Source: the human T2T-CHM13v2.0 reference genome, Homo sapiens. Taken from it: a DNA stretch of 64,000 nt. The DNA is taken from the NCBI RefSeq assembly GCF_009914755.1, contig NC_060947.1. One strand, written 5' to 3'. Position numbers and translations under genes: made by a program. Position 1 is the stretch's first letter. Each line of letters starts with the position of its first letter. The notes beneath the pieces are model-generated. The model was given only the letters and a program-made list of their open reading frames with translations. It was not told the origin of the DNA and did no database searches. Positions 44,607 through 56,232 of this stretch are shown here, in pieces.

Positions 44607-46490
44607 TTTTCCTGGCTTATTTTAATACTGGTAGATGTTTTTCTGTGTATGAGCATTGAAGAGTTAGGTTTTTATTGTACTCTTTACAATCTGGGCTTAT
44701 TTGTACTTGTCCTCTTTGGGGAGGCTTTCCAAATATTCAGAAAGATTTAGGTGTGCTGATCTAGGCTGTATATGCTTTAGGGGAGAGTGCAAGCTCAGTA
44801 GTTCTGTGATTCTTGCAGACCTATAGAGGTACTGTCTTTATGGTCTTGGACAAGATCCAGAAGAATTCTCTAAATTATCAGGCAAAAAATGTTGTTCTGT
44901 TTTCTTATTTCCTCTCAAAATCACAGAGTTTCTCTCATTGCTCTGAGCCATGTAGAAATTGGGATGGATTGACACAAGCACCCCAGTGGCCACTACCCCT
45001 TAAACTGCACTGGGTCAGACCTGAAGCCAGCACTGTATTGGAACTCACTCAAGGCCTGCTGTAACCACTCTCTGGCTACTTTGTATGTTCGCTCAACACC
45101 CTGGGGCTTTACAATCAGTAGGCAGACAAACCAGCAAGGTATGTGTCCTTCCTTTCAGGGTGGCCAGTATCCCCAGGCCCCAGTTAGGCCCAGAGGTATT
45201 GTCTGGGAGCCAGTGATGAGAGTCAAAAACCTTAGAAGTCTACCTGGTGTCCTAATGCTGACATTTTCTTAATTCCCACGGACTCTTCAGTCAGCTTGTA
45301 GTAAATGCTGGCTGGCCTGGGACTCACCCTTCATGCGAGTGGGCTCCCCTCTCTCCCAGGATAGGTCCAGAAATGCCATCAAAGATTCAAGCTCAGGAAT
45401 TGAAGACCTTAAGAACCTGTTTGATTCTCTACCATCTGTGGCCAAGCTGGTACCTATGGTGCAAGACAAAGTCCTCTTTACTTTTCCCTCTGCTTTTCTC
45501 AAGCAGTAGTAGACTCACCCCATAGCCACTACAGCTGGGAATGTGCTAAGTCTTCCCTGAAGCTAGCAAGTCTAAGAAGCTAACTCAAGGCTCTTGATGT
45601 ATTACCTGGGTATCACTGTTGACTATTCAGGATCCAAGGGCTTTTCAGTTAGCAGGTGATAAATGCTGCCAGGACTGGCTCCTTTTCTTCAAGGCTGCAG
45701 GTTCTCTTCTGGCTCAGAATGTATCTGGAAATGTTCAGCAGTTGAAAAGGGGTCTGATGACTCTGACTGGTGCCCTGTCTTACTGTGGTTGAGCTGGTAT
45801 CCAAGATGCAAGACAAAGTATGTCCCACTTTTCTGTCTTCTCTCCTCACGTGAAAGGAAGGGGTCTTTTTGGGAGCCATGAGCTGTGCAGCCTGGAGTTA
45901 AGAGAGTGGTGATGTCAGCTCTCCCTTCGCCTTCCTGACTGATGTCTCAGGTCACATGCCATCCCAGTCCATTGTCTCTTGGCCCAGTTCAGCCCTAGGA
46001 CTCACCCAGGTGTGACAGTCCTTGTGGCCTAGACTGCCTTTCAAGTATGTTTGAGGACCCAGAGCACGTTAGCCCATGCTGGTGAGGCTTGTGGGAATAC
46101 AAATTCTGACCACTAGGATTGGTGATTCTTCTCTGGCTAGGGCTAGTTTAAATGCACTCTCTGTGGCAGACATCAACTGAGTTTGGTCTTGTTTCGATTT
46201 CTTTTATGACAAGAATAGCACCGAGTTCAATGTCTCACAATTGCTAGTTTCCCCCCTACTCTCCAGCAAACAGAAGCACTCTCCACATCATTCTGCCTCT
46301 TCAAGGAAATAAAAAGAGGCGGTGTCCGCGATTCAAAACTATTTTTCTACCATTTTAGTACCTCTTTCAATGATATAAAGTAAAAATCAAGTACTGAGCA
46401 TAATTACTTGATTTGTGGTTTTTACAAAGGTCTTTTTTTGTCTGTAGATAGTTGCTAAATTGGTGTCCTTGCATGGAGAAAAATAGTTAG
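44607..46490 (-). mobile_element. Old L1MA-type host element, piece 3 (ORF1 start and long 5'UTR)
   Basis: Resumes after the TSD shared with 17553-17569. L1M-type 5'UTR sequence ends near gtagatagttgctaaattggtgtccttgc (46444-46472). Confidence 0.75.
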
Positions 46491-47757
46491 ATTGTATCTT
46501 TGTTTTCATTAGTTTCAAAGAACTTCTTGAGTTCTGCCTTAATTCTATTACTTACCCAAAATTTGTTCAGAAGCCAGTGGTTTAATTTTCATGTAATTGT
46601 ATGGTTTTTAGCAATTTTCTTAGTCTTCAATTCTATTATTATTGTGCTGTGGTCCAATAGAGTGGGTGGTATAATTTTTTTTTTTTTTTTTTGCATTTGC
46701 TGAGAATTGTTTTAGGCCCATTCATGTAGTTGATTTTAGAGTATGTGCCATGTGCAGATGAGGAAAATGTATGTTCTATTGTTCTGGGGAAGAGAGTCCT
46801 GTAGATGTCTATCAGATCCATTCGGTCCAGTGTTAAGTTCAGATTCTGAATGTCTTTGTCAATTTTCTGCCTTGGTGATAAGTCTCATACAGTCAGTGGG
46901 GTGTTGAAGTCTCCCATTATTATTGTGTGAAAGTTTGTGTCTCTTTGAAGATCTCTAGGAACTTGCTTTATGAATCTTCATGCTCCTGTGTTGGATGCAT
47001 ATACATTTAGGATAGTTAGGTGTTCTTTTTGAATTGAAACTTTTACCATTATGTAATGCCCTTGTTTGTCTTTTAAAATTTTTGTTGGTTTAATATCTGT
47101 TTTGTCTAAAATTAGAATTTCAGCCTCTGCTTTTTTTCTGTTTTCCATTTGCTTAATAAATTTTTCTTCATTCCCTTATTTTTAGCCTATGGGTGTCATT
47201 GGATGTGAGATTCATCTCTTGAACACTGTACTACTGGTTCTTGCTTTTTTACTCAGCTTGTCACTCTGTGTCTTTCAATTGGGCATTCAAGGCTAGTGTT
47301 GATATGTGTGAATTTGTTTCTGTCATCATGTTATTAGTTGTTTATTATGCTGACTTGTTTGTGTGGTTTCTTTATAGTGTTACTGGTCTGTGCACTTAAG
47401 TGTGTTTTTTTAGTAGCAATATTTTCTTTTCATATGTAGTGCTTTATGCGAGGTATTTTGCAAGGATTTTCTGAATTTTCTGAATTTTTATGTGGGCTAA
47501 ACTAGAAAAGTTTACACAAAAGATATCCTGAACTATGTTTCCAAGTTTATTCCATTATCTCCATTTCTTTCAGATATACCAAGGAGTAGTAGATTGGGTC
47601 TTTCTCCATAATCCCATATTTCTCAAAAATTTTATTTGTTCCTTTTAATTCTTTTTTAGTTATTCTTTTCTGACTATCCTATTTCAGAAAGCCAGTCTTC
47701 AATCTCAGATTACATCCTCAGCTTGGCCTATTCTGCTATTAATACTTCTGCTTGTAC

Positions 47758-48038
47758 TGTGTGTTCTCACTTATAAGTGGGAGCTGAATGATGAGGACAC
47801 ATGGACACATGATGGGGCCTACAACACATATTGGGGCCTGTCAGAGATTGAGGTGTAGGAGGAGGGAGAGCATCAGGAAGATGCTGGGCTTAATACCAAA
47901 TAGATTCTGGGTCTAACACCTGGGTGATGGGATAATCTGTGCAGCAAACCATCATGACACATTTATCTATGGAACAAACCTGCACATCCTGCAAATGTAC
48001 CCCTGAACTTAAAATGAAAGATGGAAATAAAAGAAAAA
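47758..48038 (+). mobile_element. Short 3' end of an old L1PA (PA13-16-like)
   Basis: tgttctcacttataagtgggagctgaatgatgag...aacttaaaatgaaag plus an A tail. Degenerate TSD aatacttctgcttgta / agtactctcaattgta. Confidence 0.85.
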
Positions 48039-49674
48039 GTACTCTCAATTGTATTATAAAATTCTTTTGGAGTATTTTTCAGCTCGGTCTGATCAGTTAC
48101 ATTCTTTCTATACTGGCTATTTTTTCAGCTCTTCTACCATTTTATTGTGATCCTTAGCTTCTGTAGATTCTATTTCAATTTTCTCCTTAATCTTGATTAT
48201 CTTTCCTATACATTTTCTGAATTCTATTTCTGTCATTTAAGCTGTCTCAGCCCAGTTAAGAACTCTTTCTGGAAAATTAGTGTGGTCATTTGGAAGAAAT
48301 AAGACACTTTGGCTTTTTGAATTGACATTTCTTATACTGGTTCTTCTCATCTTTTGGGGCTGATGTTCCTTCAGCCTTTGAAGTTTCTGTCTTTTGCATA
48401 ACACAAAAGAAAGCTACAGACCAATATTCCTGATGAACATAAATGCAAAAATTCTCAATAAAATACTAGCTAACAAAATCCAAGAGTATATCAAAAAGGG
48501 AATACATCATAAACAAGTGAGTTCCATCCTAGGGATGCAGGGATGCTTTAACATACAGGTCAGTATATATGATACATCACAAAAACAGAATTAAAAACAA
48601 AAATCATGTGATCATCTAAATAGATATGGAAAAATCATATGATAAAATTCATCATCACTTTATGATTAAAACCCCAACAAAATAAGCATAGAAGAGACTT
48701 ACCTGAAAGTAACAAAAGCCATATATTACAAACCCACAGCCAACATTATACTAAATGGGGAAAAGTGGAAATTATTCTTCCTGAGAAATGGAACAAGACA
48801 AGAATGATAACTTTCACCATTTTTATTAAACATAGTACTGGAAATCCTTTTCAGAGCAATCAGACAAGAGAAAGAAATGAAGGGAATCAAAATTAGAAAA
48901 TAGAAAATCAAACTATCACTGTTCACAGTTGAAATGATTGTATACCTAGAAAATCCTAAAGACTCCACCAACGGACAATTAGATTTGATTAACAAATTCA
49001 GTAGAGTCTCAGGTTACAAAATCAGTGTACACAAATCAGTAGCACTGCTATACACCAACAAAGACTAAGCCGAAAATCAAATCAAGAACTCAATCTATTT
49101 ACAACAGCTACAAAAAATACCTAGGGATATAACTTAACCAAGGAGGTGACAGATCTCTGCAAGGAAAACTACAAAACACTGCTAAAAAAATTTTATAGAT
49201 GACAAAAGCAAATGGAAACACATTCCATGCTCATGGATGGAAAGAATCAATATTGTGAAAATAACCATATTGCCCAAAGCAACCTACAGAGTCAATGCAA
49301 TTCTTATCAGAATACTATCATCATTCTTCACAGAACTAGAAAAAAAATCTTAAAATTCATATGTATCCAAAAAAGGAACCCATATAGCTAAACTAAGACT
49401 AAGTAAACAGAAAAATCTGGAGGTATCCCATTACCTTACTTGAAATTATACTAGATGGCTATGGTTACCAAAACAGCATGATACCGGTATAAAAATAGTC
49501 ACTTAGGCTAATTAAGCAGAATAGAGAATCCAGAAATAAAGCCAAATACTTACAGTCAACTGATCTTTGACACAGCATACAAAAATATAAATTGAGGAAA
49601 GAACACGCCATTCAATAAATGGTGCTGGGAATACTGGTAAGCCACATGTAGTAGAATAAAACTGGATTCTCATC

Positions 49675-50122
49675 TGTGATGGTTAATATTGAGTGTCAAC
49701 TTCATTGGATTGAAGGATGCGAAGTATTATTCTTGGGCATGTCCATGAGGGTGTTGTGAAAGTAGATTAACGTTTGAGTTAGTGGACTAAAAAAGGCATA
49801 CCCACCCTCAATCTGGGTGGGCACAATCTAATCATCTGCCAACGCAGCCAGCATAAAAGCAGGCAGAAGAATGTGGAAAGATGAGACTGGTTTAGTCTTC
49901 TGGACTGCATTTTTCTCCCGTGCTGGATGCTTCCTGCCCTTGAACATCACATTCCAAGTTAGCTTTGGGGCTTGGACTGGCTTCATTGCTCTTCAACTTG
50001 CCGACAGCCTATTGTGGGACCTTACCTTGTCATTTTGTGAATTAATACTTCTTACCAATCTCCCCTTTATATATACATCTATCCTATTAGTTATGTTCCT
50101 CTAGAAAACCCTGACTAATACA
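49675..50122 (+). mobile_element. 5' LTR, MLT2A
   Basis: tgtgatggttaatattgagtgtc...ccctgactaataca. Confidence 0.95.
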
Positions 50123-50127
50123 GATTT

Positions 50128-50142
50128 TCATACCAGGAGTGG
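50128..50142 (+). promoter_or_regulatory. Primer binding site, tRNA-Leu type (degenerate)
   Basis: tcataccaggagtgg just after the 5' LTR, compared with TGGTACCAGGAGTGG, the complement of the tRNA-Leu 3' end. Confidence 0.75.
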
Positions 50143-50166
50143 TTCTAGAGAAACAAAATATTAAGG

Positions 50167-51900
50167 ATGGAGTTATTTAGTCAGTTTTGGGGTTTCTGGA
50201 TTTGGCTACTTAATATGATTAGACCCCAAAATGCTAAGGGCTCTACTTCTAATAGTATGGAGAAAACTGATAATCCATGGTATGAACTATTTAGACAGTT
50301 GTGCAAAATAAATCCATTTGCTAATCTTGATAAACTGCTCTTGAGAGGCAAGGAGTTTAGTGACTCTATACATAATACCTTTGACCATATGTGGAGATCC
50401 AAGGAATATAATGAAGTTGGTTGGTTGCTCCTAAGTTCTCTGGACAAAGTGATGAGAGAAAATAATGAATTCAGAAATTCTAACTCCTGGCTTTAGAAGC
50501 AGATACTGAGCCTCTAATCTTCTAAGATTGCCCTGAGTGAGAGTCTTATCACCTGTAGAGAAATAGCTGAAATTGTGGAAAATCAGACACAAGTTCTTAT
50601 CATGTGAGTGGCTGACCTACAACAAAAGTACACACACAGCTTCACCAGGTGTCCATTGTAAAAATGAGGTCATTGATTGGAAAAAGAATGGGACCCTCCA
50701 ACTTTGAATGGGGATGTGTGGGAGGACCTTAATAAAGCTGGGGACACTGAGCTTGTGAACTTTGATGAGCCTTTTTTGCCAGAAGAAACAGCTTTTCCAT
50801 ACTCTGTAGTGGAAACATCCTCTCCCCAAGACACGTTGCCATCAGCCTTTATTCCTTTGTCTGAAGAGATAAATTCTGTGCTGTTTGAGGCAAGAGTGAT
50901 GGCCTCCCCTAAGTCCGTTGCCAGGCAAGACAATGTTGATTCTTCTCAGGAGCCACTCCCAACCCTCCTGTTTGCTCCTAGACCTATTACTAGACTCAAG
51001 TCCCTGCAGGCCCCTAGAGGGGAGGTTCAGAGTGTGACCCATGAGGAGGTGTGCCATACTCCAGGAGAACTGCTTGAGTTTTCTAATTTATATAAGCAAA
51101 AATCTGGATAACAGGCATGGAAATGGATGTTAAGGGTATGGGATAATGGTGGAAGGAACACAGAGTTGGATCAGTCTGAATTTACTGATTTGAGCCTACT
51201 AAGCAAGGATTCTGCATTTAATCTTGCAGCTCAGGGAGTTACAAAAGATTCTAATAGTTTATATGCTTGGTTAGCAGAAATATGGATTAAAATATGGCCC
51301 ACTGTGAGCAATCTGGAAATGCCTGATCTCCTTTATTTTAATGTAGAGGAAGGGATCCAAAAGCATAGGGAGATTGGATGCTGGAGTGGATTAGTCACTT
51401 TAGACCTACTCATCCCAGCTGTGAGGGTTCAGAAGATATACCCTTGATGAATACTTTGCAAAATAAGTTTGTGAGGGCAGCACCTGCAACCTTGAAGAGC
51501 TCTGTTATTGCTCTTCTCTGTATATCAGATATTACAGTAGGAACTGCAGCCACTCAATTATGAAATTTAAATGCAATGGGAATAATTGGATCCCAAGGTG
51601 GCAGTGGCAAAGTGGCAGCACTCACTCATCAAAGGCAATGTGGGTTAAGTTACCATAACAGACAGCAGATACAAAGCAGCAATCAGAATAGTCTGACTCA
51701 TGTAGAGCTCTGACATTGACTAATTAACCACGAAGTCCCTAGAAGTGAAATTGATAGGAAGCCTACTGCATTCTTAATTTATATAACCAGAAAACTTCCA
51801 GGTCGAGTGGACAAAAACCTAATTTGAATTGTAAACACAAAATCACGGTCCCTCAATCAATTTCCAGACTTGAGCCAGTTTGAACCCCTTGAATGAAGGG
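50167..51900 (+). pseudogene. gag: HERV-L gag remnant
   Basis: Fragments 50167-50496, 50677-51111 (KEWDPPTLNGDVWED, Fv1-like gag), 51127-51447 (WMLRVWDNGGRN, MHR-like) and 51378-51563. Multiple stops and frameshifts. Confidence 0.85.
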
Positions 51901-54900
51901 GAGGCTGGGTCCGTTTGAGGAAGAATCCCACTACACTACCAACAATGTAATGCTATTAATCTTTCTACCATCCTTCCCCAAGGAGACCGTCAGCCTTTTA
52001 CCAGGGTAACTGCATTGGGGAAAAGAAAATTATCAGAACCGTCAGGGACTACTAAACACTGACTCTCAGCTGACATCAATGCCAGGGGACCCAAAATGTC
52101 ACTGTGGTCCTCCAGTTAAAGTAGGGGCTTAAGGAAGTCAGGTAATTAATGATGTTTCAGCTCAAATCCCACTTACAGTGGGTCCAGTGGGTTTCCAGAC
52201 TCATCCTGTGGTCATTTCCCCAGTGCCAGAATGTATAATTGGCATAGACATATTTAGCAGCTGGTGGAGCCCCCACTTTGGCTTCCTGACTGGTAGGATT
52301 AGGGATATCATGGTGGGAAAGGCCAAATGGAAGCAATTAGAGCTGCCTCTACCTAGAAAAAAAATAGTAAATAAAAAACAATATTGCATCCCTAGAGGGA
52401 TTTCAGAGATTAGTGCCACCATAAAAGACTTGGAAGACTCAGAGGTGGTGATTCCCACCACATTCCTATTCAAATCTTCTATTTGGCCTGTGCAGAAGAC
52501 AGATGGATCTTGGAGAATGAAAGTGGATTATCATAAGCTTAACCAAATGGTGACTCAAATTGCAGCTGCTGTACCAAAAATGGTTTCATTGCTTGAGCAA
52601 ATTAACACATTTCCTGGAACCTGGTAAGCAGCTATTAATTTGGCAAATGCATTTTTCTCCATTTCTATCCATAAAGCCTACCAGAAGCAATTTGCCTTCA
52701 GCTGGCAAGACTAGCAATATACCTTCATTGTCCTATCTCAGGGATATATCAACTCTCCAGCTTTGTGTCATAATCTTATTTGGAGAAACCTTGATCACTT
52801 TTTCCTTTCACAAGACATCACAATGGTCCATTACATTGGTGACACTATGCTGATTGGATCCAGTGAGCAAGAAGTAGCAAACACATTGGACTTATTAGTG
52901 AAACATTTGCATGCCAGAGGATGGTAAATAAATGCAACTAAAGTTCAGGGACCTTCTACCTCAGTATAATTTCTAGGGGTTCAGTGGTGTGGGGACTGTT
53001 GAGATATTCTTTCTAAGGTGAAGAATAAGTTGATGCACTTGGCCTCTCCTACAGCCAAGAAAGAGACACAATGTCTAGTCAGGCTATTTGGATTTTGGAG
53101 GCAACACATTTCTCATCTGAGTGTGTTACTTTGGTCCATTTATTGAGTGACCCAAAAGGCTGCCAGTTTTGAATGGGGTTCAGAACAGGAGAAGGCTCTG
53201 CAGTAGATCCAGGCTGCTGTGCAAGCTGCTCTGCCACTTGGGCCATATGAGCCGGCAGATTCAATGGTGCTTGAGGTGTCAGTGGCAGATGAAAATGCTG
53301 TTTGGAGCCTTTGGCAGGCCCATTGGTGAATCACAGTGGAGGCCTTTAGGATTTTGATGCAAGGCCCTGCCATCTTCTGCAGATAACTACTCTCCTTTTC
53401 AGAAACAGCTCTTGGCATGTTACTGGGCTTTAGTAAAAACTGAACGTTTGACTATGTGTGATTAAGTCATCGTGTGACCTGAACTGCCTATATGAACTGG
53501 GTTCTTTCTGACCCATCTAGCCATAACGTGGGCATGCACAGCCGCATTCCATTATCAAGTGGAAGTGGTCTATATGTGATCGGGCTCAAGCAGGTCCTGA
53601 AGGCACAAGAAACTTACATGAGGAAGTGGCTCAAATGCCCATGGTTTCCACTCCTGGTACCCTGCCTTCTCTCCACCAGCCTGCACTGAAAGCCTCACGG
53701 GGAGTTCCCTGTGATATGTTGATAGAGGAAGAGAAGACAAGGGCCTGGTTTTCAAATGGCTCTGTATGATATGCAGGCACCACCCAAAAGTGGACAGCTG
53801 CAGCACTACAGCCCCTTTCTAGGACATCCCTGAAAGACAATGGTGAAAGAAATCTTCCCAGTGGGCATAACTTCGAGCAGTGCAACTTGTTGTGCACTTT
53901 GCTTGGAAGGAGAAATGTCCAGATGTGTGATTATATACTGATTCATAGGCTCTAGCCAGTGGTTTGGCTAGATGGTCAGGGACTTGGAAGAAGAATAATG
54001 AGAAAATTGGTGACACAGAAATTTAGGGAAGAGGTATGTCGATGGATCTCTCTGAGTGGTCAAAAACTGTGAAGATATTTGTATCTCATGTGAGTGCTCA
54101 CCAAAGGGTGACTTCAGCAGAGGAGTATTTTAATAATCAAGTGGATAAGATGACTCATTCTGTGGACACAACTCAGCCTCTTTCCCCAGCCACCCCTGTC
54201 ATCACTCAATGGCCCCATGAACAAAGAGACCATGATGGTAGGGATGGAGATTATGCAAGGGCTCAGCAACATGAACTTCCACTCACCAAGGCTGACCTGG
54301 TTACTGCCACTGCTGTGTGCCCAATTTGCCAGCAGCAGAGACCAACACTGAGCCCTCGATATGGCACCATTCCTCAGGGTGATCAGCCAGCTACTTGGTG
54401 GCAGGTTGATCATACTGGACTTCTTCCATTATGAAAAGGGCAGCAGTTTGTCCTCACTGGAATAGATACTTACTCCAGATACAGGTTTGCCTCTCCTGCA
54501 CACAATACTTCTCCCAAGACTACCATCTGTGGACTCACGGAATGCCTCATCCACCGTCATGGAATTCCACATAGCATTGCCTCTTACTAAGGCACTTACT
54601 TTATGGCTAAAGAGGGGCAGCACTGGGCTCATGCTCATGGAATTCACTGGTCTTATTATATTCCCCATCATCCTGAAGCAGCTGGATTGATAGAATGGTA
54701 CAATGGCCTTTTGAAGTCACAATTACAATGCCAACTAGGTGGACAATACTTTGCAGAGCTAGGGCAAAGCTTTCCAGAAGGCTGTGTATGCTCTGGATCA
54801 GCATCCAATATATGGTACTCTTCCTCTCGTAGCTAGAATTCATGGATCCAGGAATCGAGGAGTGGAAGTGGATGTCACACCACTCACCATTACCCCTAGT

Positions 54901-54920
54901 GACCCACTAGAAAATTTTTG
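51900..54920 (+). pseudogene. pol: HERV-L pol remnant (PR-RT-RNase H-IN)
   Basis: CIIGIDI (PR), WPVQKTDGSWRMKVDYHKLN (RT), catalytic motif read as YIGD at about 52832, HVSAH (RNase H), H...H...CPIC and WQVDH (IN). Many stops. Confidence 0.9.
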
Positions 54921-55313
54921 CTTCCTGTTCCCACAACATTATGTCCTGCTGGCCTAGATGTCTTAGTTACAGAGGGAGGAACACTGCCACCAGGAGACAC
55001 AACAACAATTCCATTAAGCTGGAAGCTAAGACTGCCACCTGGCCACTTTGGGCCCCTCTTACCTCTAAGTCAAGAGACAGAGACTAAGAAGGGGGTTACA
55101 GTGTCACCTGGGGTGATTTACCTGGACTATCAAGATGAAATTAGTCTACTACTCCACAACAGAGGCAAGGGAGAGTATGCATATTATAGAGGAGATCTCT
55201 TAGGGCATTTCTTAGTATTACTATGCCCTGTGATCAAGGTCTATGGGAAACTACAACAGGCCAGTCCAGGCAATACTACAAATGGTCCAGACCCTTCAGG
55301 AATGAAGGTTTAG
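54918..55313 (+). pseudogene. HERV-L dUTPase-like region downstream of integrase
   Basis: IPLSWKLRLPPGHFGPLL...GVIYLDYQDEI resembles dUTPase motifs 2-3. The position is typical of ERV-L. Confidence 0.8.
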
Positions 55314-55769
55314 TTCACTACACTACAAAAAACAAACAAACAAAACAAAAAAAAAACCGACCTGCTGAGGTGCTTGCTGAAGGCAAAGGTAATACAGAAT
55401 GTGTAGTAGAAGAAGGCAGTCATCAATACCAGCTACAATCACGTGACCAGTTGCAGAAACGAGAACTAATTGTCATGAGTATTTCCTCCTCTTTTTGTTA
55501 AGAACATATTTGTGCATGTATGCACTTGTACTAAGAAAATATCATTTTATTTGCTTTCTTTTTTCTTTATCACGTGACATGAGATTTATTGACTTCATAT
55601 CAGCAATTGAGTGTTATTAACTTTATGTAATAGCATTTGGGTTGGGGACTGGTGCATTTCCAGTTGTACAAAAATAGCTGTAGTATGTTAGCCATAATTA
55701 CAACCTTATTATTTTCTTTATTAGAAGATTATGTCTGATTTCAGGAGATGTGTATGGGTTCGAGTTGAC

Positions 55770-55781
55770 AAGGGATGGACT
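55770..55781 (+). promoter_or_regulatory. Polypurine tract
   Basis: aagggatggact immediately before the 3' LTR. Confidence 0.7.
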
Positions 55782-56232
55782 TGTGATGGTTAATATTGAG
55801 TGTCTACTTGATTAGATTGAAGGATGCAAAGTATAGTGCTTGGGTGTGTCTCTGAGGGTGTTGCCAAAGGAGATTAACATTTGAGTCAGTGGATTGGGAA
55901 AGGAAGGCCCACCCTCAATCTGGGTGGGCAGAGTCTAATCAGCTGCCAGCATAGCCAGAATAAAAGCAGGCAGAAGAATGTGGAAAGACTAGACTGGTTT
56001 AGTCCTCTGGCCTACATCTTTCTCCCGTGCTGGATGCTTTCTGCCCTGGAATATCACACTCCAATATTTCTGCTTTGGGACATGGGCTGGCTTCCTTGCT
56101 CCTCAGCTTGTAGAAGGCCCATTGTGGAACCTCACCCTGTGATTGAGTGAGTCAATACTCCTTAATAAACTTCCCTTTATATATACATCTATCCTATTTG
56201 TTCTGTCCCTCTAGAGAACCCTGACTAATACA
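55782..56232 (+). mobile_element. 3' LTR, MLT2A
   Basis: Direct repeat of 49675-50122. Confidence 0.95.

Larger units (their letters stand above)
49675..56232 (+). mobile_element. Complete HERV-L (ERVL, class III) provirus with two MLT2A LTRs, decayed, no env
   Basis: TG...CA-bounded direct repeats of about 450 bp, tRNA-Leu PBS, gag-pol-dUTPase remnants and PPT. 5-bp TSD tcatc (49670-49674) / ccatc (56233-56237). Confidence 0.96.

Noticed and set aside
50167-55313. Functional HERV-L gag (Fv1-like) or pol
   Set aside because: Numerous stops and frameshifts. The longest fragment is about 150 aa and the RT motif reads YIGD.
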